Shown here: one piece after another, positions 28,087 through 38,902 of the stretch
Layout: each line of letters starts with the position of its first letter
Numbering within the stretch: position 1 is the first letter of the stretch
Source of the DNA: an uncultured Planctomycetales bacterium
GTDB lineage: Bacteria > Omnitrophota > Gorgyraeia > Zapsychrales > CAYRXT01
Length of the DNA: 64,000 nucleotides
Assembly: GCA_964428315.1 (NCBI GenBank)
Contig: CAYRXT010000008.1
Location: 6,140-70,139 of the forward strand
Reading direction: 5' to 3'
The notes under the pieces: model-generated
What the model saw: only the letters and a program-made list of their open reading frames with translations
Told to the model about the DNA's origin: nothing
Database searches by the model: none
Position numbers and translations under genes: made by a program

Positions 28087-29286
28087 TCAGACTGCTTTTC
28101 TCCCGAACCTGCCGATGACATCCCTGTACAACTGTTCCGTCTTTTCCACCATGCTTTCGTGGCTGAACTGACTGCGCACCCACGCGTAGGCCTTTTGGCC
28201 CATGTCCATGCGGCGGTTATTGTCGCCCAAAAGCCCGCACACAGCTTCGGTAAGCTCCCGCGGACTCCCAGGCTCGATGAGGATCCCGGTTGCACCGTCT
28301 TTGACGACTTCAGGCACCGCTGTGGCGCGGCAGGCGATGACCGGCAGGCCGAAGGACATGGCCTCTATAAAGACAAGGCCGAAATTTTCGCTCAGCGAAG
28401 GCACGACGAAAAGATCCGAATCACTGTAATAACGCGCGAGTTCTTCCGGAGAAAGAAAACCGAGAAACTCCGTGTTCTCCCTGTGGCTTGGATATTTTTT
28501 TTCGAAATATTTTTGAAAAGTGAGGCCGCCCGGCGCGTGCCGTCGGTCAGCGCCGATAAAGGTGAAACGGGCCAGTGGAAACTTCTCCAGAATACCGGGG
28601 ATGGCATGCAAAAGCGTCAGCGTTCCCTTCCGTTTCTCCAGACGGCTGACGTACAGGACCCTGTAGTCGCCGTTTGGCCTCTCCGTTTTTCTGGCCGGGC
28701 GGTCTCCAAAGGTCCGGGTCCCCAGGGCGATAAGGGAGATGCTGTCCCGGGTTAATTTATACCTCCGGGTTATCAGGTCACGGTGAAAGGCCGCCGAGGA
28801 CACCAGGACGTCGCTTTTTTTAACGCACAATTTCTCCATCCAGTTAACAAAAACGGGCCACTGTCTGCCCTTTGCCGACCTCCCGTCGATCTCCAGTGTT
28901 TCAAAAAATGCCGTGTGCAGACGGGTGACGACGGGCTTACGGCGCAAACTCAGCAGGTATCTTGACCCAAGGCCCTCCCAGTTGGGAAATTCGATGATGT
29001 CGAAGGCCTTGACCTTGTCCAGGGCTTTGATCTTCGCGGAAATATACCAGCTGCACGCCAGCCCGGGAAGGAAATATTCCAGCCGGGGGATATACCGAGG
29101 CAGGAACCGGTGAACCTCGATCCCGTTGACCGTGTCGACACGGTCAGCCTGCCTGGATTTTGCCATGACCGTGACGATGTGGCCCTTCTTCCGCAGTCCC
29201 TCGGCGAGCGTCGCGCTGTAGCTCGCGATCCCTCCCCCGTCTTCGGGCGGGTAGCCGTTTGAGAAAAGGCATATATTCATCCACAA
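28087..29286 (-). CDS. family 4 glycosyltransferase
   Basis: GT4 motifs (EG...GLPV... in the C-terminal half). Confidence 0.8.
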   Translation of the reverse strand: MWMNICLFSNGYPPEDGGGIASYSATLAEGLRKKGHIVTVMAKSRQADRVDTVNGIEVHRFLPRYIPRLEYFLPGLACSWYISAKIKALDKVKAFDIIEFPNWEGLGSRYLLSLRRKPVVTRLHTAFFETLEIDGRSAKGRQWPVFVNWMEKLCVKKSDVLVSSAAFHRDLITRRYKLTRDSISLIALGTRTFGDRPARKTERPNGDYRVLYVSRLEKRKGTLTLLHAIPGILEKFPLARFTFIGADRRHAPGGLTFQKYFEKKYPSHRENTEFLGFLSPEELARYYSDSDLFVVPSLSENFGLVFIEAMSFGLPVIACRATAVPEVVKDGATGILIEPGSPRELTEAVCGLLGDNNRRMDMGQKAYAWVRSQFSHESMVEKTEQLYRDVIGRFGRKAV

Positions 29287-30218
29287 ATCCCCGTTTTTGT
29301 TTTCAATAAATCAGGGCCCCGTCCCAACCTGCTTATGACGATCTGGACACAGCGTCCCCAGTAGCCCATGATCTTCGCGCGGCAACGGAACTTCCTTGTG
29401 ACATCCGCGGAAAGAACGGCCCTCAGCAGGGGCGGCAGGTTTCTCAGAAGCTCCTTGCAACAATACCGCAGATGCCTGTGCCATGGGATGTCCTCCGGTT
29501 CGAGGAGGACGGAGGCCCTGGCCCACCAGTAGGTCTGCCTGAGAAGCTTGCCCGGTTTGATCCGGTCGGTCCGGAATCTGTGATAGACCAAGGCGCGGGG
29601 AGCGTACACCTTCCTGATGCCTCCCGCGGATACCCGCCGGGAAAATTCCGTGTCTTCACAGTAACGGAAGATCTTTTCCGTACGGAACAATCCGAACCGC
29701 TTGAAGACATCGGCCCGGACGCTCATATTGGCGCCGACAAGGTCCTCTTCGGTAATCGCCCTTGCCTTATCCCCGTAATCGACATGGGCGAACCGCCTGC
29801 GGACAATATCTTCGGACAGCCAGTCGAAACGGCTGATGTCGGCATCGAGGACCACGCGGCCCTGCACCGCGTCCGCGTCCATTGTCCGGTGGGCCTCGTA
29901 AATGTTCTTTATCCAATCAGGGGCGGGCAGACAGTCGTCGTCCGTAAAGACAAGGCATTCCCCTTTCGCCTCCCGGATTCCGGCGTTGCGGGCCGAGGCC
30001 GGAGAACGGCGGTTTTCGAAAACATACCTCAGCGCGCCGGAAAACTGAGGGTTAAGAGACGCGACAATATCTTTTGTCCCGTCCGAAGAATCATTATCAA
30101 CGACCAGCACTTCATAAGTGATGCCTGAAGGCAGGTCCTGGCCGGATAGCGCGCGCAGTGCCCGCCCTAAACCCTCGGAGTTATTGAATGTCGGTATAAT
30201 TATGCTTATGTCGTTCAT
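29277..30218 (-). CDS. family 2 glycosyltransferase
   Basis: SIIIPTFN, VVDNDSSDGT, TDDD motifs. Confidence 0.85.
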   Translation of the reverse strand: MNDISIIIPTFNNSEGLGRALRALSGQDLPSGITYEVLVVDNDSSDGTKDIVASLNPQFSGALRYVFENRRSPASARNAGIREAKGECLVFTDDDCLPAPDWIKNIYEAHRTMDADAVQGRVVLDADISRFDWLSEDIVRRRFAHVDYGDKARAITEEDLVGANMSVRADVFKRFGLFRTEKIFRYCEDTEFSRRVSAGGIRKVYAPRALVYHRFRTDRIKPGKLLRQTYWWARASVLLEPEDIPWHRHLRYCCKELLRNLPPLLRAVLSADVTRKFRCRAKIMGYWGRCVQIVISRLGRGPDLLKTKTGICG

Positions 30219-31180
30219 TCGGATTTTGGTTCTGTTGTAGTTGTCATCGGCCGTGTGCCGCCAGTATGAAATTGATAGGCCCGCCCCGCCATGATCCAGT
30301 ATTCGATCCCAAGACGCAACCTTTCATGGCCGTCCCCTTTGAGAAATGCCCAAACACGCCGAGCAAGCAAACCAACAAGTTTTTTAAGAATGAACCGAGG
30401 GATTCCAAAACATTGTGAGACCTGTTCACATTCTTCGAAATACACGTCGGCCCTTCCGTATTTGCAGGCCCGGTAGTAAAGCCATTTTTTGGTCATCTGC
30501 TCAGGCCTGATCTGATGATAAACATATGCGTTCGGAAGATAGACGGCAGGATGACCATCTTTTTCCAAGCGTTTTGTTAACTCCGTCTCGTTTCCCATTA
30601 TAAAATTCTCTCCTTTGACATCCATATCCATGCTGAAGCAATAGCCCTTATCGAAAAGAGATTTTTTTATAGCCATGTTCCCCCCCCAAACTTTGCCGGC
30701 GTCATACGGACCTTCCGAAATATCCCATTCCGCGATGGCATATGCCGAAAAATAAAAATCCTTCCGGATATTTTCCGCCGGCCGCTGGCCGTCCGGCCAG
30801 TGAGGCAATATTCTTCCGCCGAATATGCTGTAATCTCTCCAGCGGTCTGATCCCCGTAATAGTTCGACAAGCCAACTTTGGTCCGCCAGTACGTCGTCAT
30901 CCGTGAAAACGAGCAAGTCCCCACCGGCTAGTCCAACCGCCCTGTTCAAGGCGTTATTTTTTCCGCGTCTCTTTTCCACAATGTAACGAATGGGCAGACG
31001 AGCAGAAAACCGGTCCGCCGTTGTCTTTGTTTCTTGGTCGTCCGCATTGTCCATGACCAGAAGCTCCCAACGGAGCTCCCCGGTCTTCATCCGGCAGAAG
31101 CTCTCGAGCGTTTTATCGAGGAGCGCGGGCCGCCTGTATGTTGCCAGAATCACAGATATCTGTACCGTAATTTCATTCAT
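30215..31180 (-). CDS. family 2 glycosyltransferase
   Basis: ISVILATYRRP, MDNADD, TDDD motifs. Confidence 0.8.
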   Translation of the reverse strand: MNEITVQISVILATYRRPALLDKTLESFCRMKTGELRWELLVMDNADDQETKTTADRFSARLPIRYIVEKRRGKNNALNRAVGLAGGDLLVFTDDDVLADQSWLVELLRGSDRWRDYSIFGGRILPHWPDGQRPAENIRKDFYFSAYAIAEWDISEGPYDAGKVWGGNMAIKKSLFDKGYCFSMDMDVKGENFIMGNETELTKRLEKDGHPAVYLPNAYVYHQIRPEQMTKKWLYYRACKYGRADVYFEECEQVSQCFGIPRFILKKLVGLLARRVWAFLKGDGHERLRLGIEYWIMAGRAYQFHTGGTRPMTTTTEPKSE

Positions 31181-32424
31181 GATACGAAAAGGACCCTTTC
31201 GTAAACGGCTTCCAGTTGCCGGTTAATGCTTGTGGCGTCGAATTTCTCGCGCACAGTCTTTTTAGCTTGCTTTGTAATCATCGGCAGGATTTGCGGATTC
31301 TCGATGATGAAACGCAGTTTTCCCGCGAGCGCCTCCTCATCCTTTTCCGGAACGAGAAAGCCGTTCTTTCCGTCTTTAACAAGCTCCGGTATACCTGAAT
31401 GATAAGTCGAGACGACAGGCAGGCCTGCGGCCATGGCCTCTTTGAGCGCGTTGGGGATGCCCTCCTGCTGTCCCGTACGGTCACGGACAGAGGGCAGAAT
31501 GAATATGTGAGCGCGTTCAAAAAACGGCAACACGTCTTTGTCGATGATGCGTCCGGCAAATTCCACGCGGTCTTCCAGATTCAGCGACTTGACAAGGATG
31601 CGCAGGGCCTCTCCCTGCGGTCCGTCTCCGACTATTACATACCGGACGTTCATGCCGTCCTTTTTGATCCGGGCGAGCGCGAGGATAACATAATCCAACC
31701 CTTTCATTTCGGCCAGGCGGCAGACACTTAACAGGACAATCTGTCCGTCGTGCGGTAGGACCCTGCGCCGAAACGGATAAAGCGACACATCAATGCCCGA
31801 GTAGAGGGTCTGTATTTTTTTCCTTGGACAGCCGGCCCGGGCGAGTTTTTCTGCAAAATAATCGCAGACCGGCAGCAGTCCGTCGGCATGGCGGAATACC
31901 TCTTGATAGTCCTTGGCGAGGGTGCCGTTGTAGTCCGGGATGGACACATCATGCCCCCTCAAGGAGAGAAAAAATCCGGCCCGAACGACATGCTTCAGAA
32001 AGATCATCCTCTGGGCGATGAGTCCATACTGGCACTGGATAATGTCGTAGTCCTTGCGGATAAACGGCGAAGACCGTAACAGGAGGTTGACGGCCTCGAA
32101 GACCTTGCGCTTTCTGATATCCAGGCATCGCAAGACATAAACCGGTCTTCGGAATATTTGGGTCAGCACAACCGCAAACGTCAGGCCCAGGCGTTTCATC
32201 CGTCCCCTGGGCGGCGGCTTGAGGTATTGCACTCTCTCCATGAGGCCGTATTGCCGGATTTTTTCATGAATCCGTTCGTCTTTTTCCGGATTGTCAAACG
32301 CGTAGATATCAACGTCATGGCCCGCGTCCATCATCCCGGTGATCTGGTTGACGATAAAAGTTTCCGACGCGGTCGGGAACCATTCGAGGACCATCGCGAT
32401 TTTTAATTTCTTTTTCTTTTTCAT
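31177..32424 (-). CDS. family 4 glycosyltransferase
   Basis: GDGP...EGIPNALKEAMAAGLPVV GT4 signature. Confidence 0.85.
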   Translation of the reverse strand: MKKKKKLKIAMVLEWFPTASETFIVNQITGMMDAGHDVDIYAFDNPEKDERIHEKIRQYGLMERVQYLKPPPRGRMKRLGLTFAVVLTQIFRRPVYVLRCLDIRKRKVFEAVNLLLRSSPFIRKDYDIIQCQYGLIAQRMIFLKHVVRAGFFLSLRGHDVSIPDYNGTLAKDYQEVFRHADGLLPVCDYFAEKLARAGCPRKKIQTLYSGIDVSLYPFRRRVLPHDGQIVLLSVCRLAEMKGLDYVILALARIKKDGMNVRYVIVGDGPQGEALRILVKSLNLEDRVEFAGRIIDKDVLPFFERAHIFILPSVRDRTGQQEGIPNALKEAMAAGLPVVSTYHSGIPELVKDGKNGFLVPEKDEEALAGKLRFIIENPQILPMITKQAKKTVREKFDATSINRQLEAVYERVLFVS

Positions 32425-32425
32425 A

Positions 32426-33364
32426 TCAAAACGTCCGGAAAAAGTTGATATAATCCTTCGCTATTTTCGGAAGTGACGTGCGCTCGCGGACCTCGTCCAT
32501 CATGGCCAGCGCGTCGTCCCAGGTTTTGGTCCCGAAGGAATCCCGGGCGCGGTTTACGGTGTCAAGCACGTCTTTAAATCCGCCGGTCGTATAAAAAGGA
32601 TACAGGTTGTCCAGCAGCTCGAGGTTGGCCGGTTCGCGGCTGGTGATGATGTTGGCCCGCATGCCGGCGGCGAATGTGAGTTTGGCATTGGGCTTGAAAT
32701 CGAAACTCGGCCGGTTCTCGTCCCTTACCGAAAAATGACAGCTGAAACCCGTCATGAGCTCAAAGATATTCTGAAGCTTAACGTCCTTCGAGGCGCTTAA
32801 CTTTACGATCTCAAGGTCGGGCAGATGGTCGACCAGCCCCTGACGGATATTGTCCGGCGTGGGATCTCCCAGATACGCCAGACGGAAACGTCCGGCGGTG
32901 TTCGGCCGGCAGCGCGGGTCCCAGTGATGGTAAACCACCCGGGTCCGGCATCCCGCGGAAAAATGCGGCGCGTAGCGTTCGACACTTTGACGATGGGGCA
33001 TGAGCGCACCGTCGAAAAGCCTGATATCTCCGTCGTCTTTGAGCCTGTCCAGGTCATCCAGGGGGTCCCAGATCAGGACATTGCCCGCCTCCTTCCATTT
33101 GTAAAGGAAATCACGTTTGTCGCAAAAGGCGTTCTTGATGAAGACGATGACGCTGTCCCTGATCGAAGGTATTTCCTCACAATACGCGAGATCCAGGAGT
33201 TCGGCAAAAACGCCGTTTTTAAGGATCCCGCGGCTCATCTGGTATCCCCGGGTGATCGAAGAGCCGATCCCCATCTGTCTGACGGCAAAATAGACGTTCC
33301 GGCACCGCTTGAGGGGTGATGACTTTAAGATGCTTTTATAAGTCTTTTCGATCACTGTTTTCAT
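32426..33364 (-). CDS. hypothetical protein (polysaccharide-locus associated)
   Basis: 312-aa ORF tightly packed in the operon. No recognisable family. Confidence 0.4.
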   Translation of the reverse strand: MKTVIEKTYKSILKSSPLKRCRNVYFAVRQMGIGSSITRGYQMSRGILKNGVFAELLDLAYCEEIPSIRDSVIVFIKNAFCDKRDFLYKWKEAGNVLIWDPLDDLDRLKDDGDIRLFDGALMPHRQSVERYAPHFSAGCRTRVVYHHWDPRCRPNTAGRFRLAYLGDPTPDNIRQGLVDHLPDLEIVKLSASKDVKLQNIFELMTGFSCHFSVRDENRPSFDFKPNAKLTFAAGMRANIITSREPANLELLDNLYPFYTTGGFKDVLDTVNRARDSFGTKTWDDALAMMDEVRERTSLPKIAKDYINFFRTF

Positions 33365-34500
33365 TGCCGGGATGGTGTCCTTTGTATCAGCATCGTTATC
33401 AGGATAAAGCTGAACAGCGTGTACACCTCAATGTATGTCCACGCGGCGACTTCAAATCCTGATAATGAACCGAAAAAAAAGCCTGCCGCGGTCATTCCCA
33501 TAAGCATTGCCCTGGTCCTTAATCGAAGTCCTAACGCAGTAACAGACAATGCAAGCTGAACACCCAGGTGCCAAAGCAGGTAAAAGAAGAAGCTGGCCAA
33601 AAGCGGCACAGGGACGACACGATTAATCCTGAAAAAGAAATCGCTGAGATTATAAACACTGCCGGCAGAACACAGCAGAAAACCGATGGCCGTAAAGCGC
33701 AGCGTTACTGCGCGGGGCATGGACTTTCCGATGCCACGTCTCCAAAAGACCGTAAACAGCAGAAAATTGGCCAGCATGGGAAACCACACGGCCGGATTAC
33801 CTCTAGTGTGCAGGTCTTCCAGCCTCGGCCACAGCAAGTGGATGAACAGGATGCTTGCTGTTGTCAGCACGGTCATGGCAAGGATCCCGCTGTTCTTGAT
33901 GCGCAGGTCCGGTATAATTTCCCACCGGTTAAGGTCTGCCTTGAGCCGGCGTTTGCGCGCGTAAATACCTGCTATGATGAGAGTCGACCCGAAGAGTTCG
34001 CTGCCTTCTTCAGCGGCCAGGCGCAGGCCCTCAATGGCCTGCGGCCAGGGCAGGACCCATTCCAGGATTTCTTGCACAATGACGAGGGCAAACAGAACGA
34101 AGCCTGCTATTAAATATTCCGCGGGCAGTACGGCCCTTTTTTTCAAAAGACCCACGACAGACCATGCAATCAGTCCGACAATCACCAGTCCGACCAAGAC
34201 TAGATGGCCCGGTTCAATTCTTTCATGAAAAGAGGCCAGCTCGTCGAAGGACAGTAAATATAAAATACCGGAAAGGATCAGCCACAAGATTCGGTTTTCT
34301 TTTTCTTCCGAAGCCCGCACCTCCAGGGCCAGTGTTCCGGCCGTCATCAACAGCAGGCTGGCCCACCAGACGGCGAGGTTCATTTCTAGCGCCAGATTAA
34401 AGGCCGGGAACAGCCGCCAGTTTTGCGGCATGTACGGCACATAATATTTACACAGCGTGAGCCCGAGCATAAACAGGTTCACGCAGACAACAGTTGTCAT
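33361..34500 (-). CDS. polytopic membrane protein (Wzy-like polymerase or other EPS membrane protein candidate)
   Basis: About 10 TM helices. No recognisable motifs. Confidence 0.45.
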   Translation of the reverse strand: MTTVVCVNLFMLGLTLCKYYVPYMPQNWRLFPAFNLALEMNLAVWWASLLLMTAGTLALEVRASEEKENRILWLILSGILYLLSFDELASFHERIEPGHLVLVGLVIVGLIAWSVVGLLKKRAVLPAEYLIAGFVLFALVIVQEILEWVLPWPQAIEGLRLAAEEGSELFGSTLIIAGIYARKRRLKADLNRWEIIPDLRIKNSGILAMTVLTTASILFIHLLWPRLEDLHTRGNPAVWFPMLANFLLFTVFWRRGIGKSMPRAVTLRFTAIGFLLCSAGSVYNLSDFFFRINRVVPVPLLASFFFYLLWHLGVQLALSVTALGLRLRTRAMLMGMTAAGFFFGSLSGFEVAAWTYIEVYTLFSFILITMLIQRTPSRQ

Positions 34501-36095
34501 TATAAATGCTTCTCCTTATCGCGCAGCAGAGCCGTGTTTTCAGCCTTGTTTACTATATAGCAAAGATCGATTATGTAGTGTATTAACGGAGGGCAGATCC
34601 ACCAGTTATTCTGTTTAATGATGTGATTAACAATTCTCGATAATACATAGCTCATGTTTATAATTTTATTTGAAATTTTATGCTGTCTGACACAACTGAA
34701 TAAAAGGTCGGCTGCATATCTTCGCCGTAAGCGATTGGGGTTTTTGGGTCTGCATAATTTGCTAGCAAAAGGAACAGAAGCGTACTGCGGATAGGCCCGA
34801 AGGATTGTTTCTGTATGAAAATCATTGGATAAAATAAAATTGCTGTCTAATCCTGATAAAAAATTGTATAAATCATAATCCAGATAGGGCGCGTAAACCG
34901 CGGGAAATCTGCTCCATACGCCGAAAGGAGACTGGCATATCTCGCGACGCGTCCTGTTCCAGAAGAAAAACTGCGCCAGTGGATTGGGCGTGCCCGCATG
35001 TTTTTGGAATTCTGTTTTCAGACATTCCATCGCAATTCCCCGGTCCAATTTTTTTCGAATAACCGGCGGAAACAAATGCGCAAAGGCGTCCTCATGCATG
35101 CAGTCGGCGGCATAATCGGTCAGGAACCTATCCGCGAGTTCGTTGAAACGGCCTTCCTTATAAAACATAATTTTTTCCGGATCGAGACCAAGCCCCGCGG
35201 AAAGGATGTCGCCGGCGATCCCGTCATACAGCACGGATACCTGACCATCTAACCTGTCGGCGATAGCGGCGCTTTCCAGGATTTCGTCCGAGCAGAAATT
35301 CGTTTCTATATTTCTTCGATGCAACGTCCGGAAATAGGATTTTGGCTGGTCTATGATGATATGCTCAATGTTCAATTCTTTCGTTAAGAGAGGGGCGATG
35401 CGTACGTCCTCATCATGACGCGGTGGATAAAATTTTGTCGTGATACACATATCCGGCGGATGGCCCTGATGGACGAGTTCAAGTAATATGTGTCGGGAAT
35501 CCCTTCCGCCGCTTAAAGGGACGGCGGATTTCCCATTGCCGGGAAGCCGCCTTCGAATGGACTGACGGAAAAGGTCAATGTAATTGTCTAGGACTTTGTC
35601 AAAATCCTTATGATCGGTGTGCTCGGAACAGGTATAAGAACCCGATATTTGGACGTTCCCGTTTTCCCATGTGAAACGGCAGTCGGGTGGCAGGGCCTTA
35701 ATGCTCCGGAAAGGCGTGTCATCCCCGATGAAGAAACCGATACGAAGAAAAACCGCAAGGGCCGTCCAATCGATTTCGGCTGATGACCCGTGTTGGATAA
35801 CATTGATTATGGAAGGGGATATAATTACCTCCCTGTCATCTGCATAATAATAAAAAGGATAACACCCGTACCGGTCGTTACGGACCGTCAGCCTCCCGTT
35901 TACCCATTCCCATTCCACAAAAACGCCGTCCGGCCGGGCTCCGGCTCTTTTGATTTTATGGCCAAGGAGTCCTTTTTCAGGACCGCGCGTTGTTGTCCGG
36001 CCGTCCTTCTCTATATTGGCCGAAAAGACGGGCTTCGATTCTGTCAGAGTATAGGGATTCATGTTATTTTTAACGGTTTTGTTATTGTTGTCCAA
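34500..36095 (-). CDS. asparagine-synthetase (AsnB) family amidotransferase-like protein
   Basis: PP-loop motif SGGRDS. AsnB-like architecture. The glutaminase N-terminus appears degenerate. Confidence 0.7.
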   Translation of the reverse strand: MDNNNKTVKNNMNPYTLTESKPVFSANIEKDGRTTTRGPEKGLLGHKIKRAGARPDGVFVEWEWVNGRLTVRNDRYGCYPFYYYADDREVIISPSIINVIQHGSSAEIDWTALAVFLRIGFFIGDDTPFRSIKALPPDCRFTWENGNVQISGSYTCSEHTDHKDFDKVLDNYIDLFRQSIRRRLPGNGKSAVPLSGGRDSRHILLELVHQGHPPDMCITTKFYPPRHDEDVRIAPLLTKELNIEHIIIDQPKSYFRTLHRRNIETNFCSDEILESAAIADRLDGQVSVLYDGIAGDILSAGLGLDPEKIMFYKEGRFNELADRFLTDYAADCMHEDAFAHLFPPVIRKKLDRGIAMECLKTEFQKHAGTPNPLAQFFFWNRTRREICQSPFGVWSRFPAVYAPYLDYDLYNFLSGLDSNFILSNDFHTETILRAYPQYASVPFASKLCRPKNPNRLRRRYAADLLFSCVRQHKISNKIINMSYVLSRIVNHIIKQNNWWICPPLIHYIIDLCYIVNKAENTALLRDKEKHL

Positions 36096-37471
36096 TTCCG
36101 CGCACGGGATACAAGCCTGCGCAGGACACAGTACGGGAGATGCCGGGCGATGCCCAGGGCCATAGGCAGTGATCTCGTCTTCTTAAGCGTTGAGAGAAAG
36201 GCCCGCTCTTCGATGGAAAAATAGTCTTTCGCCAACATGCGCAGGAATCCGTTATCCCCGCATCGCCGCGCCAGTGCGATGATCTCGTCAAAGACTTCCG
36301 GGTGGACCGTCCTGTGTCTATACATGGCCTTAAGGCCTTCATAAACTCTGCCGGCCTCTTTGTCCTGACCCGTTTCCAGCAGGTGCCTGGCGGCCGCGAT
36401 CCTTCCCTCGTAAAAGGCGTAATAATTGGGCATGATTTTCCACATGAAGGCCGCCCCGACCGCGTTGGTTTTGGTCACGTTATCAACATGGTGGCGGTAT
36501 TCCGCCACATACCGGTCAAGGTGCCGGAAATCGTGCCGCGCCAGGCACCGGATCCAAAACTCCCAGTCTACAGAAACATAGAGGTCATTTCTGAACAGCC
36601 CCATCTCCCTGAAGAGAGACCTCTTATGCAGGGCGGCGCAGGTTGTGGTCAGCGTCCTGGTGAAAAAGAGTTTTCTGTTAAAATCCTCTCCGATAGTTTT
36701 GATTCTTTTGAACTGCTTAAAAGCCCCGTTTACGTTCTTGCCTGCGGTTTTTAGCGTCTTGCCGTAGACGAGAGGTTCCCGGCCGGCCGACAGGGCCTTT
36801 GATAGAAATTTCAGGTGTCCCGGATAGAAGACATCATCGTCGTCCAGATAGGCAATACACTCTCCCCGTGACATGAGAACGGCTTCATTGAGGGCGGCGG
36901 CCCTTCCCGTGTTTTGATTGAGACGGCGGTAGCGGATGCGGGGCGAATCAAAGGAATCGACATGCCCGTCCGTTTCTTCGCTTCCGCCGTCGTTGACGAT
37001 GACCAGTTCGAAATCATCGAAGTCCTGGTCAAGCACGCTGGCGATACTTTCTTTGATCATCCTTCCACTGTTGAAGGTCGTCATGATGACCGAGATCCGG
37101 CATCCTCTGCCGTTTTTGCGCACAAGGAGCTCGGGTTTTTGATCTGGCTGAAGAGACCTCAGGAGATCGAACACCTGCCTTTGCCCCGGATTCCGCCGCA
37201 GGGACTCGGCAAGACAAAGTTCGGCCAGAAAACCTTTGTTCAGGCCGAGAAACATCTCAGCCAGTTTGTTTAAGCGCCCTGTTTCTCCGTCATCGTGAAG
37301 ATAGCGCAACTGCTGATATTTGATATCGTCCCAGGGATCATGATCGTTCGACGCCTCATGCCGCAAAAAATAGGCTCCCGCAAGCTTTTTATCAAAGGGG
37401 TCCGCGTAAGCCGCAGCGGCAATCTCCCGGTAAGCCTGGTCTTTGTGTCCTGCGGTCTCTCTTTTTTCCAT
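36059..37471 (-). CDS. family 2 glycosyltransferase with N-terminal TPR-like extension
   Basis: ISVIMTTFNS, VNDGGSEET, LDDDD motifs in the C-terminal two thirds. Confidence 0.75.
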   Translation of the reverse strand: MEKRETAGHKDQAYREIAAAAYADPFDKKLAGAYFLRHEASNDHDPWDDIKYQQLRYLHDDGETGRLNKLAEMFLGLNKGFLAELCLAESLRRNPGQRQVFDLLRSLQPDQKPELLVRKNGRGCRISVIMTTFNSGRMIKESIASVLDQDFDDFELVIVNDGGSEETDGHVDSFDSPRIRYRRLNQNTGRAAALNEAVLMSRGECIAYLDDDDVFYPGHLKFLSKALSAGREPLVYGKTLKTAGKNVNGAFKQFKRIKTIGEDFNRKLFFTRTLTTTCAALHKRSLFREMGLFRNDLYVSVDWEFWIRCLARHDFRHLDRYVAEYRHHVDNVTKTNAVGAAFMWKIMPNYYAFYEGRIAAARHLLETGQDKEAGRVYEGLKAMYRHRTVHPEVFDEIIALARRCGDNGFLRMLAKDYFSIEERAFLSTLKKTRSLPMALGIARHLPYCVLRRLVSRARNWTTITKPLKIT

Positions 37472-38902
37472 TCAGGGCCCGGCTCTCTTCGACGCGTTTT
37501 CTATTTCTTTCATAACGCGTATAATTTCTTCCGCCACTTTCGCGTGGCCGTTCGTGTTGATATGGTCATCCAGAAGAAAAAAATCATTTTCTTTCAGCTT
37601 GTCAGCCAGCTGAACGGTAAGCATATGCCTTATATAGGAAGGGTATCCGGGATCCGTCTTTCGCTGTTCGATCTGCCTGATGAGAGAAGGGTCCAGTTCG
37701 TAATACGGGTCGACAACCACGAGGATCAGGGTCACGCCCGTTAAATCAATTGAATGGGTGTGTTCTAAGGCGTAAAGCAGTAAAAAGGACTCATCGGGTC
37801 CGCTCGTGATCTTACTGCCAAGGATTGATCTTCGCGATTCCTCATCGAGCCGCGGCGGTAGTATCGCGCGGTACGTTGTATTCTCGCCATCAATAATGCC
37901 GGTCATTATGCCGGCCGTCAGCTTCAGCGCGTATTTCCCAGGGAAATACCTCTGGACCTTCTTTTGTTCAGCGATTTGATTTTGTATAGCCTCCGGACTT
38001 ATCAGCTTTTCCCTTAGGCGACCTGTCTCCCAATAATGGCGGTTTTCGTCTAAATCATTAGAACAGTACTGTACAACAAGGTATTTGAGCCGGCTTGTGT
38101 CGAGCCTTTCGAGAAGGCGCATCTCTCTGACAGTCGCGTAAGAGCTGATGGCGGCGTTCAGCAACTTTTTACCGATTTTTTCTTCAATGATATGGGCGAA
38201 GGTGGACGCCTGCGGGACGCCAAGCCCCATACCGTGCGAATCGCCCAAAACGATGATCTCCGGAGCCCTCAGGGATTCCTCATCGTCTCTCAGTCCCATG
38301 CTGTTGAAGGAATAAACGACATCGAATTCCTTTTCCTTATGGCGGACACGGCCTTCGCGGTGGACGTATCCCAGTTCCTCGTCGTATAGTTCGTTGCGAA
38401 TGACAGGAAGAAGGTCTCTCTCTTCCATGTAGATCCTCCTGAACTGCCAGACAAGCTTTCCGGGAAGTTTTTCAATTAAGTTGGGCTGAAACATCATAAG
38501 CCGCATGAATATCTCGTAAAAAGCCAGGATGATAATAAGGTTAGCCGCCGCGACGCCCCAATATTTCTTTTTGTGGATGAAAAAGACCGCGCTTATTACG
38601 AAAACGGCAAAGAATCCCCAGTAAGAGACCTTCCATAACATCCGTTCGGCCTTGTCGAGGTAAAATTGGACCGGCGTGGTATCCTGCGCGGTAATCATCG
38701 TATTCAGTGCTCCGAGGGATTCCCTGCGATAAATGCTTTGAATGATCTGTTTGCCGGCAGTAAAATAAATCATCCAGGCCGCCGCGATCAGCAGGACAAT
38801 GATGATCGTGCCCAAAAATATCCTGCGGTAAGCGCTCTTTTCAAACGTTCTCGTCTTTTTTTCTGTTTGTTTTTTCATGTCAGGTTGGCCCATTTCGCCC
38901 AT
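37472..38902 (-). CDS. membrane-anchored SGNH/GDSL-like hydrolase or acyltransferase (AlgJ/DltD-like candidate)
   Basis: N-terminal TM helices. IIVLGDSHGMGLG resembles the GDSx block of SGNH proteins. Confidence 0.5.
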   Translation of the reverse strand: MGEMGQPDMKKQTEKKTRTFEKSAYRRIFLGTIIIVLLIAAAWMIYFTAGKQIIQSIYRRESLGALNTMITAQDTTPVQFYLDKAERMLWKVSYWGFFAVFVISAVFFIHKKKYWGVAAANLIIILAFYEIFMRLMMFQPNLIEKLPGKLVWQFRRIYMEERDLLPVIRNELYDEELGYVHREGRVRHKEKEFDVVYSFNSMGLRDDEESLRAPEIIVLGDSHGMGLGVPQASTFAHIIEEKIGKKLLNAAISSYATVREMRLLERLDTSRLKYLVVQYCSNDLDENRHYWETGRLREKLISPEAIQNQIAEQKKVQRYFPGKYALKLTAGIMTGIIDGENTTYRAILPPRLDEESRRSILGSKITSGPDESFLLLYALEHTHSIDLTGVTLILVVVDPYYELDPSLIRQIEQRKTDPGYPSYIRHMLTVQLADKLKENDFFLLDDHINTNGHAKVAEEIIRVMKEIENASKRAGP

